Source: Thermoplasmata archaeon
GTDB taxonomy: Archaea; Thermoplasmatota; Thermoplasmata; Lutacidiplasmatales; UBA184
Direction: 5' to 3'
NCBI GenBank assembly: GCA_021796385.1
Contig: JAJYXQ010000005.1
Location: 21,398-85,397 of the forward strand
DNA length: 64,000 nucleotides
The position numbers and the translations under genes are program-made. This document shows, in pieces, positions 27,401 to 35,447 of the stretch (position 1 is the first letter of the stretch; each line of letters opens with the position of its first letter). The notes under the pieces are model-generated. The model was not told the origin of the DNA. It saw nothing but the letters and a program-made list of their open reading frames with translations, and did no database searches.

Positions 27401-28805
27401 CGATCTGCCCTCGGAAGAACGAAGTGCTCTGGCGGCCGAGCGTCTTAGCCCCTTCGCGCAAGATGGTCTTCGCTCCCGCGAAGTCCCCGCGGGCACTGGC
27501 TGCCTCGGCTTTCGTCGTGAACTCCTGAAGGTCCACGACCGATAAGCCGGCCACTTCCAACTTGAAGAGAAGGCCTCGGAACTCTTCGACCTCGCTCCGG
27601 GCGATCTCGACGTCCTCCATCAACGTCTTCGCTCGCTCCAGGGCGGCGGATGAGGAATCGAGGGCACGCGCGTACTCCTTCGCATTGAGCAACGCTCGGG
27701 TCTGGTTCATCCCTTCCACGATGCCGTCGATGGGCCGCTTGACAGCGCGAGCCTGCTCGAGATAGGGACGTATCTCTTCCACTTGGCTAAAGATCACCCG
27801 AAGTATGGGGCCTTCCACCATCTCTCCCAAGCGAGAGATGCGGGACACGCACTCTCCGGGGGGCAAGGTCGTGAGGTTCTTCTCCAAGAAATCGAGCTCC
27901 CCGGATACTTCCGTTACGTCCGTCCCGCCCTCACGCATCCGCTCGACGACCGCTCGGAGCTTCTCCAGTCGTCCCGAAAACTTGGGACGGAGCGATTCGG
28001 AGAGTTTGGCAAGGGCGGTGACGAGTTGGTTCCCCCGCTCGTCAATCTCGGTGAAATGGACCTGGTCGATCCCACTCAGGGCGTCATCGATTCCGGCCGT
28101 GTCAATCCCTTCCTCCTTGGCGACCTTTCGGGCTTGGGTGAGCTCCTGGGCCAGGGTGGACAAGCGGTCGGTCACTTTGGGGACCTTGGTCCGGAACTGG
28201 GACTCTAAGCATTCCGAAGCCTCGGTAAGCTTGCTCTGGTCGATAAGGGCAAGGCAGTCGGCCAGGGACCCGAGCGCCGCGGAGACCTCCCCTTCGGGCA
28301 GAGCCCAAGTGATGACGGCGGATACCCTCTCTTTGAGCAGGGACCCCGCCTTCTCCTCCACAGCACTCAGTGTGGTGTCGATGGAGGCGACTTCGCGGAA
28401 GGATTCGGCGAAAGATCCCTCCTTGGCGAGACCTTTCGCCTTTTCGATGTTGTCTCCGATACCCATGCTGTCCGGGATTCCGACCGAAACCAAGGTGGCA
28501 CGACGTTGGGCGAGTTTCGTTGCTCTCTCCTCGAGGGTCTGTGTGAACTTGGCGGTGATCTCACCGGAAAGGGCAACGGCCAGGCGATCCGCCTCCGACC
28601 ACGTTGGGGGGGAGGCGAACTTGTCTATCTCCGCCCGTTTCTCACCGAGACCATCCATCTGGAGGCCGAGGTCCTTGACGAGCGACATTAGCTTGTCCAG
28701 CTTGGCCTTGTCCGCCTCGAACGTGCCCCGTTGCCGGCGCATTTCCTCGGCGCGTGCGACCAGGTTGCGCTGGCGCAAGAACTCGCTACCGCCTAGCCCG
28801 CCCAT
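24399..28805 (-). CDS. giant (1468 aa) coiled-coil protein with about 14 degenerate repeats; no ATPase motifs; function unknown
   Basis: Ala/Glu/Leu/Arg-rich with no Walker A/B, no TM and no Cys. About every 70-110 aa it repeats a TPR-A-helix-like motif of the form G-[RDE]-Y-x-x-A-x(3)-A-x(2)-A (FQAGRYLEAYRTAVRAKEQA, FEEGHYAEVLEQVLRVSE, ITRGEYGEAETLAKQAWE, SARGDFAGAKTILREGAK, KTREDYPAMATAIDQAYRE, KNRGDYPSALERLRTGLEE and others). Its 3' end overlaps scpB convergently by 26 nt. Confidence 0.7.
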   Translation of the reverse strand: MGGLGGSEFLRQRNLVARAEEMRRQRGTFEADKAKLDKLMSLVKDLGLQMDGLGEKRAEIDKFASPPTWSEADRLAVALSGEITAKFTQTLEERATKLAQRRATLVSVGIPDSMGIGDNIEKAKGLAKEGSFAESFREVASIDTTLSAVEEKAGSLLKERVSAVITWALPEGEVSAALGSLADCLALIDQSKLTEASECLESQFRTKVPKVTDRLSTLAQELTQARKVAKEEGIDTAGIDDALSGIDQVHFTEIDERGNQLVTALAKLSESLRPKFSGRLEKLRAVVERMREGGTDVTEVSGELDFLEKNLTTLPPGECVSRISRLGEMVEGPILRVIFSQVEEIRPYLEQARAVKRPIDGIVEGMNQTRALLNAKEYARALDSSSAALERAKTLMEDVEIARSEVEEFRGLLFKLEVAGLSVVDLQEFTTKAEAASARGDFAGAKTILREGAKTLGRQSTSFFRGQIDQAERCLTMMVDLGMAVPNEVRSRLDDLKMMLSSGNIPGVIELLSDINVKLQGPVREGLAKRLETLNQDLEALTNEEARKQTSERIAEVKTQPDSIDQFIASMDALVRVERETAGTFANEVGKAIEDLGTGEQNLRAMDYDTADLTREIGDIRQIMDTGNVLRALRSAQDLSSRVTQLSMSRAEDALAGAKLSIVEISKMISEPPDVRELQNQARDLFQAGRYLEAYRTAVRAKEQAVALQQRSQKIVERIGQIVAQITALRKKGSPVEELRAVTARIAGVRESYQKLAFEEAEAQLANIQSSMDDLVVRTDGRMLLDVLRGVLEGLSQLGVPTVEWEERIASLQDQLPGANPSKVKLLIEELMDRVLDRVRPVLQDNIKSLQSELKIASDQGIDIRAAEGLVHEADEKLKSPAAPVGVAKILAQVHRDFSQNRALQEAAQRALASAKEIVSQAEMMNLNVIAYQARLDEVAAKIAGTQFAVALDISQDVRNSALALVKEHLNTLLNNLQNVITRAKMEGTLTMTAENYLAQARNKVATNNTQDILQLVGKAESELERIELQHSIAENSLGILEGKVNEAIKAGLIAPNLAEEITEVRKIFEEGHYAEVLEQVLRVSEHLQSAAKFQGRAESSIRRVEELAETAAGLGVDVDRSLISKARADITRGEYGEAETLAKQAWEPMRQTVSEAFTRMLTEASGFLDLLPSGEEAHARLATALEQAHQAKTREDYPAMATAIDQAYREVNRATVAFLHEQQERLQKIPASYEHSKLEELQVLADVVMDNLRENHLLAVAETWKSLETEINQFYTRYIDAESDRLAELGMLCERLGLDFTPIIEKISEAKNALQESNLNGALGKTHEASVLLDSMIRAAVPEKLKEFHKKLQRARDQLNVSVAGLEEKTSEAESLLSENNFVAAAQAIMGIEQALNQRKAWQTELINLQSLLVSRIEQAEAERVDTTQITVLMDEAVGLKNRGDYPSALERLRTGLEELKRVLPPV

Positions 28806-28856
28806 GTTGCCGGAAGGAGAATGCCAGAGACCTATTCAAGCTCTGGCACTCGATGG

Positions 28857-29243
28857 TCAATCCACCTGGATCTGCCGCTTCCCCATCGTGGAAATGTACG
28901 GCACTTCCTGTCCGGGCCGCACCTTTTCACGCTGGGACTCGCCCACCTGCATGGTGAACGTTTCGTAGGTTTCCATATCCATGAGCTGCACCTCGCCCTC
29001 CGACATCGACAGCACCTGGGCGGTTCGCTTGTTGATGATGGGCACCTGGACCTTGTGCTTCACCGGGTAAACGACGGACCGCTTCGCCCCATCGAAGATG
29101 CCGACCACGTCGATGCGGGCCTTGGCTTCACCGTGCTTCCCGGGTTTTGACGTCTGGATGGAAAGGATTTTGCAGGGCTCGTTGTCCACCATCACGTATC
29201 GACCTTCTTTGAGTTCCCTAACCTCGGCCTGAGTCCACGCCAT
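28857..29243 (-). CDS. eif5a: translation initiation factor 5A (aIF-5A)
   Basis: 128 aa. [20 protein letters not shown] contains the hypusine-site Lys in the STSKTGKHGHAK-like loop. GGAGGTG lies 8 nt upstream of the ATG on the minus strand. Confidence 0.9.
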   Translation of the reverse strand: MAWTQAEVRELKEGRYVMVDNEPCKILSIQTSKPGKHGEAKARIDVVGIFDGAKRSVVYPVKHKVQVPIINKRTAQVLSMSEGEVQLMDMETYETFTMQVGESQREKVRPGQEVPYISTMGKRQIQVD

Positions 29244-29458
29244 CCCCTGTGCACCTCCCGGGTGGGGAAGTGCGGGGAGTTAAAAAGCCAACTGTCGGCA
29301 GCGCCGGATCGGCCTTCCGGTGCCGCAAGAACGAACCAACTCCGGCGGAGAAAGGGACCCGGTGGGGATGAACCTAAGACCAACCTGCTTTGCAGGACCC
29401 CGTACGTTCAGGTGGAACATGAGCTGTTAAATACTTGTCTAACATTTGTATAACACCC

Positions 29459-29851
29459 ATGGAACCAAAGACGCTGGTGGGTGTGCGGCTCGCCGACCGG
29501 GACGTAGAGCTCCTCGACAGCCTCGTGACAACCTGGAACCTCGAGACCCGGTCGGACGTCCTCCGAGAACTGATCCGCCTCGCCCCCCGTCTCATGCCTT
29601 CCGGGGAGAAGCCTCCCGAGCTCGCGACGAACCTGCGCACCGCGCTCGAGCGGATGGTGGAGAATGGTTGGGTGCCCGATGTCACGAGCGCCCTAACCCT
29701 CGCCATCATTCGAGGGTTCTCAGCGCTCGATGAGGACTACGCACGGCTCGAACAATCGGGCCGGACGCAAGCCCAGAACATCGCCCGGGAAAGGGAGGCC
29801 CGACGGAAGGCAGCGACGGCCGGCGACCGGATCCTTCGGGGAACGGAGTAA
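29459..29851 (+). CDS. ribbon-helix-helix (CopG/Arc/MetJ-like) DNA-binding protein
   Basis: MEPKTLVGVRLADRDVELLDSLV...RSDVLRELIRL is an RHH fold. The start is moved from the track's 29435 to 29459 because a TTAAATA element at ~29424-29430 sits ~30 bp upstream, the geometry of a leaderless transcript. Confidence 0.55.
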   Translation: MEPKTLVGVRLADRDVELLDSLVTTWNLETRSDVLRELIRLAPRLMPSGEKPPELATNLRTALERMVENGWVPDVTSALTLAIIRGFSALDEDYARLEQSGRTQAQNIAREREARRKAATAGDRILRGTE

Positions 29852-29853
29852 AA

Positions 29854-30093
29854 ATGTACCGAGATGTCAAGGAACGACAGGAGATGCCCGCAATGAACGC
29901 ACTCGCCAAGTCCGAGATCTTGGTCTGCCGCCAGTGCAATCTGGAGGCCGAGCACAACAACGTGCTCCGGTTGAGCTATTGCCCCGTGCACGGACTGGCA
30001 AGTCCCCTCGATTCGAAAGCCAACATTGCGATGTTGTCCGCCAGGACACGAATCAATTCGTTCTCGTTCCACAGTAGCAAGGCGGGTTGGTAG
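29854..30093 (+). CDS. small Cys-containing (zinc-ribbon-like) hypothetical protein
   Basis: 79 aa, starting 3 nt after the RHH stop. ILVCRQCNLEAEHNNVLRLSYCPVHG provides C-x2-C ... C-x2-H ligands. Confidence 0.4.
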   Translation: MYRDVKERQEMPAMNALAKSEILVCRQCNLEAEHNNVLRLSYCPVHGLASPLDSKANIAMLSARTRINSFSFHSSKAGW

Positions 30094-30129
30094 ACCCAAG
30101 TAGGGGGGGGGAGGAAACCTCCCCTCTAC

Positions 30130-30692
30130 CCAGGGAGTCCGAGAGAGAAGTACCCAGAAAACAGAAGGGGAGCCAGAACCGAGAGAAGGCCAAACACCGA
30201 TTGTCCCGACACCATGCCCAAGTGGGTAATGTGCGGAAGGATGCCATCAACCAAGCCACGACGGACCTGGTGAGAACCAAGCCGGTCATGGTCGTTGAGA
30301 CGCTCCGACCGAAGAACATGCTCAAGAATCCCCCCACCAGGCCCGCTCGCTGGGGGACGCTTCGTCCGGGGAGTTCGCCCGTCAGTTGGAGTACAAGTGC
30401 CCGTGGTACGGGTCCCACCTCGTGAAGGCGGACCCGTTCTACCAGAGCACGAAGCTCTGCTCCCGGCGCGAGGCTCTAAGAGATGCCGCTATCGGAGCGG
30501 ACCTACTACGGTCCGTCGTGCGGACTTGGGATGGACCGGGACCTGAAAGCCACTCGCAACATAGCGATGCTCGCCGATAGTCCATCGGAGAGCGAAAACG
30601 CCGGTGGAGGGAGGAGGTCCATGCCAGCGATGGCAGGTGCCTCTCGGGGAATCAGGAACTCAGCATCATCGGTGCTTGTCACCAATGCCTAG
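30130..30692 (+). pseudogene. tnpB: IS200/IS605-family TnpB (OrfB) remnant: C-terminal RuvC-III/zinc-finger region, broken by frameshifts
   Basis: Three consecutive frames carry TnpB-collinear segments: ...RKQKGSQNREKAKHRLSRHHAQVGNVRKDAINQATTDLVRTKPVMVVETLRPKNM / EYKCPWYGSHLVKADPFYQSTKLCS / ERTYYGPSCGLGMDRDLKATRNIAML (compare TnpB ...QRKDFxHKxSRxLV...ViEdLnvKnM...LeYKakwyGk.vvkvdrfypSSk.Cs.CG...C..CGl.mDRD.NAa.NI). No intact N-terminal half and no tnpA. Confidence 0.6.
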
Positions 30693-31001
30693 GCATGGGG
30701 GAATGATTCTTTGGAGTTATCCGGTCGTTGGCAAGGTCGCATGGCGAATATGGGACCTGGGGGCAGAGCCTTGAATACGCGCGATTCGGCCCGAGTTATT
30801 GGTTTTACGAGCAGCTCCCCCGTTAAGTGAAGGTACTGGACGAAGAGCGAGGGGGACCCGGGACCCTTGCCATCGCTTCGGTATTGTATCCTCCCTCAGA
30901 ACCGGACCGAGCGGGGAAGTCAAGACCACCGCCCGGAAGGTGCGGACGGAAGGCACCTGACGAAATCTCCCCGAACCGAGGAGGTTTTCGGTAGTCAGGC
31001 C

Positions 31002-31009
31002 TATATACC
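31002..31009 (+). promoter_or_regulatory. TATA box (cTATATAcc) of the tuf-rps10 operon
   Basis: The only TATATA in the 350-bp leader, ~38 bp upstream of the tuf ATG (31047). This is consistent with an archaeal promoter and a short leader. Confidence 0.45.
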
Positions 31010-31046
31010 GTCCCGCATACAGGCTGGTCGGAAGGCAAAACGAGCC

Positions 31047-32345
31047 ATGGCGGAAAAACCACACATGAATCTGGTCTTCATCGGCCACGTCGACCACGGA
31101 AAGTCCACGACAGTAGGGAGGATCCTCTTGGATGCCGGGATCATTCGGCAGGAAGAGGTGGACAAGTACCGGGCCGAGGCCGAGGCGAAGGGAAAGGCCA
31201 CTTTCGAGTTCGCCTGGGTCATGGATGACCTCAAGGAAGAGCGTGAGCGCGGTGTCACCATCGATATTGCCCACCGCCGTTTCGACACACAGAAGTACTA
31301 TTTCACCATCATCGATGCCCCCGGCCACCGGGACTTCGTGAAGAACATGATCACGGGGACGAGCCAAGCCGATGCCGCCGTTCTCGTTTGCTCTGCTGCA
31401 GAAGGGGTCCAGGAACAGACTCGGGAACACATCTTCCTATCCCGGACACTGGGGATCCGCCAGATGATCGTAGCCATCAACAAGATGGACCGGCAGGAAG
31501 TGGCTTATTCTGAGGCGAAGTTCAACCAGGTCAAGGAGGATGTGACGAAGCTCCTCAAGGGTGTCGGTTTCAAGATCCCCGAAGAGGTCACTTTCATCCC
31601 TATCTCGGCCTTCAAGGACGACAACATCAACAAGAGTTCTCCGAACATGCCTTGGTACAAGGGTCCCTACCTGATGCAGGCCCTTGACGCCCTGAAGCTT
31701 CCTGACAAGAAGGGTATCGAGCAGAAAGCCCTCCGCCTCCCGATCCAAGACGTCTATACCATCACAGGGATTGGGACTGTCCCAGTCGGCAGAATCGAGA
31801 CCGGCACGATGAAGATCGGTGACAAGGTGATCTTCATGCCCTCAGGCAAGGTTGGTGAGGTCAAGAGCGTGGAAATGCATCACGAGCAGATGCAATCCGC
31901 CGGCCCCGGGGACAATGTGGGTTTCAACGTTCGTGGCATCGACAAGAACGATGTCAAACGGGGCGAGGTCGTCGGGCCTGCCTCCAACCCGCCAAGTGTG
32001 GTGGAGAGCTTCACAGCAAGGATCCAAGTGCTGAATCACCCCTCAGTCATCACCGAGGGATACACGCCGATCTTCCACATCAATACCGCGCACGTAGCCT
32101 GCACCTTCACAGAAATCCAGCAAAAGCTGAACCCGAAGACGGGCGCGCCGGCCGAGACCAGGTCACCGGATAAGCTCATCACCCTACAGACCGGTGATGC
32201 GGCTGTCGTCAAGATTACACCGACCCGACCGGTTGTGATCGAGAAGTACGAGGAGTTCCCCCAGATGGGGCGCTTCGCCGTGCGGGACATGGGTCAGACA
32301 GTGGCCGCCGGGATCGTCATCGGAATCACCAAGCGCGGAAGTTAG
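31047..32345 (+). CDS. tuf: translation elongation factor 1-alpha (aEF-1alpha/EF-Tu)
   Basis: [21 protein letters not shown] (G1), DAPGHRDF (G3), NKMD (G4). 432 aa. The track ORF (30867) over-extends upstream. Confidence 0.95.
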   Translation: MAEKPHMNLVFIGHVDHGKSTTVGRILLDAGIIRQEEVDKYRAEAEAKGKATFEFAWVMDDLKEERERGVTIDIAHRRFDTQKYYFTIIDAPGHRDFVKNMITGTSQADAAVLVCSAAEGVQEQTREHIFLSRTLGIRQMIVAINKMDRQEVAYSEAKFNQVKEDVTKLLKGVGFKIPEEVTFIPISAFKDDNINKSSPNMPWYKGPYLMQALDALKLPDKKGIEQKALRLPIQDVYTITGIGTVPVGRIETGTMKIGDKVIFMPSGKVGEVKSVEMHHEQMQSAGPGDNVGFNVRGIDKNDVKRGEVVGPASNPPSVVESFTARIQVLNHPSVITEGYTPIFHINTAHVACTFTEIQQKLNPKTGAPAETRSPDKLITLQTGDAAVVKITPTRPVVIEKYEEFPQMGRFAVRDMGQTVAAGIVIGITKRGS

Positions 32346-32660
32346 ATGCCCCAGCAGAAGGCACGCATATCGCTCAGCGGGACCAATCCCAAGCGGATTG
32401 ATTTCGTCTGCACTCAGATTCGGGACATCTCTACCAAAGCGGGGATAGAGATATCGGGTCCGATGCCCCTTCCCACGAAGCGGATGAAGGTGCACCTCCG
32501 GAAGGGTCCGGATGGCGGTGGATCGAGCACGATCGACCACTGGGAGATGAGGGTCCACAAACGGCTCATCGACATCGATGCTGACGAGCGGGCCCTCCGA
32601 CAGATCATGCGGATCCAGGTACCGGACGGCGTAAACATAGAGATCGTCCTCAAGACCTGA
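32346..32660 (+). CDS. rps10: 30S ribosomal protein S10
   Basis: Starts immediately after the tuf stop. [45 protein letters not shown] is canonical S10. The tuf-rps10 order is archaeal. Confidence 0.9.
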   Translation: MPQQKARISLSGTNPKRIDFVCTQIRDISTKAGIEISGPMPLPTKRMKVHLRKGPDGGGSSTIDHWEMRVHKRLIDIDADERALRQIMRIQVPDGVNIEIVLKT

Positions 32661-32672
32661 GCTCCCCTCGGC

Positions 32673-33290
32673 ATGTTCGCCGCTCCCGGGCGGGTCTGGC
32701 TCGCTACCTTCCTGGGAACTGATGTCTTGTTGGCGTTCGGCTACGTCGCATGGCGATTGCCTTGGCTTCTATTACCGTTGACCGTGGTCTCCGCATTTTT
32801 CATCCTTCTCCTCCTATTTTTCCGAGATCCCGAGCGGAATGTCGGTCAGGCCATCGTTGCCGCGGCCGATGGTCGGGTCATGGTCGTGAAGGATGAGGGC
32901 GACACCGTACGCATCGGTACCTTCATGAACGTGACCAATGTGCATGTGAACCGGGTCCCGATATCGGGGTATCTCGTGCGGGTGGACACCCGGGAAGGCC
33001 CGCGCGTCCCGGCATTTTCTCCTGAGGCCACCGGGAACGCTCAGAAGCGCTATATCTTCGGCACACCGATCGGACGAGTCGACGTGGTGCAGATCACCGG
33101 ACTGGTCGCCCGCCGGTGCGTGGCCTATGCCGAGGCGGGTTCACCCTGGACCAAGGGAGGTCGCTTCGGGATTGTCCTCTTCGGTTCGCGGGTGGATGTC
33201 GTACTTCCCCGGCAGAGGGTCAGGACAGTCGTTCCGGTAGGGGCCCGCGTCCAAGCGGGAACCACCACGATCGCGGAGTTGCTCCCGTGA
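32673..33290 (+). CDS. phosphatidylserine decarboxylase-related protein (archaetidylserine decarboxylase proenzyme)
   Basis: FFRDPERNV near the N-terminus and the LFGSRVDVVLP self-cleavage region characterise the short archaeal PSD-related family. 205 aa. Confidence 0.75.
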   Translation: MFAAPGRVWLATFLGTDVLLAFGYVAWRLPWLLLPLTVVSAFFILLLLFFRDPERNVGQAIVAAADGRVMVVKDEGDTVRIGTFMNVTNVHVNRVPISGYLVRVDTREGPRVPAFSPEATGNAQKRYIFGTPIGRVDVVQITGLVARRCVAYAEAGSPWTKGGRFGIVLFGSRVDVVLPRQRVRTVVPVGARVQAGTTTIAELLP

Positions 33291-34069
33291 GCCGTCCCCG
33301 ATTCTGGAGGTGGTTCGCGAACTCGGCCACGATACTCAACGCATTTTCTGGGATCTGGGCCATCATCTACATCGTCTGGGGGAACAAGCTTTTTGCCCTC
33401 GCCCTAATGTTCACAGCCATCGGGTGGGATGGTTTGGATGGGTATGCCGCCCGGCGGGCGGGAGACGGCGACTCGACCTTCGGGCGGGTAGCAGACTCCG
33501 TTTCCGACAGCATCACGTTTTGCCTCGCTCCCGGCGCTCTCGTTGCGATCGACCTCTATCCCCAATCGACTTGGGCCCCGTACGGCTTTGTACCCCTTGC
33601 TCTCGGCATCGCGGTCGCAGGGATTGGGATCGCCCGTCTCGTTCGATACACGCTGTCGGCCCACGCTCTTCCGCATTTCATGGGAGCTTCGACCCCCCAG
33701 AATGCGATGGCCATCATGTTCCTCGTATTGCTCTTTGACGTCCCCGGTTACCTGAACGTTTTACCTCTTCCCTTTCTTATCGTAGTAGCGATCTTAGCCC
33801 CCCTCATGCTCCTCCCGATTCCATACCCCCGAATGCGGGACCGGGCCGTAACCCGGCTCTTCCTCTTCCCGATCATGACAACGGGAGTGTTCGCGATCGC
33901 AATCCCGAACCTGCGCCCAGCCCCCGGCACTTTCCCGTACTTTGTGGGAGATGCATTTGCCCTCGCCGGAATCCTCCTGCTGGGGGGTTTTTATGTAGGG
34001 GGGCCGCTCATGGTCCGCCATGGCATCCGAAAGGCGTCCCAACCCCCGGCAAGAACGTCCCTCGGATAG
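33287..34069 (+). CDS. CDP-alcohol phosphatidyltransferase (archaetidylserine synthase-like)
   Basis: DGLDGYAARRAGDGDSTFGRVADSVSD is the D-G-x2-A-R-x8-G-x3-D-x3-D motif. I chose a GTG start overlapping the psd stop (GTGA) so that the N-terminal ANSATILNAFSGIWAI TM segment is included. The track ORF begins at 33116 inside psd. Confidence 0.7.
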   Translation: MSRPRFWRWFANSATILNAFSGIWAIIYIVWGNKLFALALMFTAIGWDGLDGYAARRAGDGDSTFGRVADSVSDSITFCLAPGALVAIDLYPQSTWAPYGFVPLALGIAVAGIGIARLVRYTLSAHALPHFMGASTPQNAMAIMFLVLLFDVPGYLNVLPLPFLIVVAILAPLMLLPIPYPRMRDRAVTRLFLFPIMTTGVFAIAIPNLRPAPGTFPYFVGDAFALAGILLLGGFYVGGPLMVRHGIRKASQPPARTSLG

Positions 34070-34371
34070 GCTGGAAAGCGACCGCGAGCAGGCTCTTTTC
34101 GAAGCGGGGATCAAGCTGGGTGGCATATTTCACCAATTCATCGGGGTCCCGGTCTCCAAGAAAACGGCCGGGACCCTCGAACGTGCGATCGAAGCCGCGG
34201 TCGGATTGCAACCGTTCATCACTAAGGTCAGCGTGGCGGTCCGACCCCCCCCAACCCACGGTTCGGGCCGCTTTGCGTACCACTATCTTACGGCAGATAT
34301 GCTCCATGCAAGCATCACGGTGCAGGTCGGTGGGGCCACGGTCACGGCCACACTTTCCTTCCGCCAGGACC

Positions 34372-35301
34372 TCAACTATCCCTTGATGAAGGTCGACCGG
34401 ATCGTTTCCGACTGACCCGACGGTCGTTTCGTCGCACGAATTCGAACACCGCCGAGAAATCCTTTTCCCCGAAACCCTGGCGCATGGCACCCTCCATGAG
34501 CTTCCGGGCCGCCGAAGCAATCGTGACGGACCGATCTGATTCCCGCGCCATCGACTCAACAAGACGGAGGTCCTTGAGCGAAAGGGCCAAGCGAAACCGG
34601 GGCTGATAGTCCCGCTGCAGCATGAGGTCCTTCTTGTTCAGCAACATCTGGGACCGTCCCCCACCCTTGAGCAAGACCTCTACTGACCTTTCAAGATCGA
34701 GGCCTAGCCCTTCCGCCAGGGCCAGGGCTTCGGCATCCATGGCCACCGTGGCAATGGTGAGGAAGTTGTTGACCAGCTTCATGGCGGACCCGGACCCAAC
34801 GGGACCTAGGTGGATGATCTCGCGAGACATCCACCCGAGATGCTTGCGTACAGCATCGAGGACCCGCTGATCTGCACCCACATAGAAGAGTACCTCACCT
34901 CTAGCCGCAGCGTCGATGCTTCCCCCGATGGGCGAATCCACGTATCGGACTCCCTGGGACGCGGCGTCGGCCGCCAAGCGGCGGGCCTCTTCGGGAGCGA
35001 TGGTGCTCAAGTTCACAACGGTCCCCCCCCGGGACATGCCCCGGAGCAGCCCCGTCGGCCCACTGGTGACCGCCCGACTGGCCGGATAATCGGAAAGGCA
35101 GAGAAAGGCGATGCCGGAACCGATGGTTTCCCCCACCTCCCGCGGGGTGGCAGCGATCTCGGCTCCCTCCCGCGCCAACGACCGTGCATGGGAGGGGGTA
35201 CGATCGTATACGACCAAACGGACCCCTCTCGATTGTAGCACTTCGGCAAGGGGTCGCCCTATCTGGCCCAGACCCAAAAACCCCACTTGATTTCCGGTCA
35301 C
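34372..35301 (-). CDS. 3-hydroxyisobutyrate dehydrogenase/2-hydroxy-3-oxopropionate reductase family NAD(P)-dependent oxidoreductase
   Basis: VGFLGLGQIGRPLA is the Rossmann motif, and SPIGGSIDAAARGEVLFYVGAD and GSGSAMKLVNNFL the 6-PGDH-like catalytic region. Start placed at a GTG five residues before GFLGLG; the track ORF is 25 codons longer. Confidence 0.7.
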   Translation of the reverse strand: MTGNQVGFLGLGQIGRPLAEVLQSRGVRLVVYDRTPSHARSLAREGAEIAATPREVGETIGSGIAFLCLSDYPASRAVTSGPTGLLRGMSRGGTVVNLSTIAPEEARRLAADAASQGVRYVDSPIGGSIDAAARGEVLFYVGADQRVLDAVRKHLGWMSREIIHLGPVGSGSAMKLVNNFLTIATVAMDAEALALAEGLGLDLERSVEVLLKGGGRSQMLLNKKDLMLQRDYQPRFRLALSLKDLRLVESMARESDRSVTIASAARKLMEGAMRQGFGEKDFSAVFEFVRRNDRRVSRKRSGRPSSRDS

Positions 35302-35447
35302 GCCGCTCCTATTCCACAGAAGTACATGACGCTTTGATTTGGCTCTCGTAGGGATCTTTCCCCAAAGCCATGGCAACGGAGAGGGTCTTACGGGCTACGA
35401 TGTAAGCTGGGGAATAGGCCGCCACTCCGTATTCCCTCCTAACCCGA

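Noticed and set aside
24381-28968. Plus-strand ORFs of up to 472 aa (25077..26495, 27805..28968 and others)
   Set aside because: They are antisense to the giant repeat-protein gene and have Arg/Leu/Gly-rich junk composition.
30693-31046. Possible SRP (7S) RNA because of CCCGGAAGG and GGAAGG motifs
   Set aside because: The helix-8 hallmark (GGAA/AGCA asymmetric loop with flanking pairing) is not recoverable, and there is no 5'/3' complementary Alu-domain stem. More likely this is the IS right end plus the tuf promoter.
30717-31430. 237-aa ORF on the minus strand
   Set aside because: It is antisense to the strongly supported tuf gene (aEF-1alpha). Its composition is Gly/Asp/Leu-rich with no motifs. 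A shadow ORF of GC-rich coding DNA.
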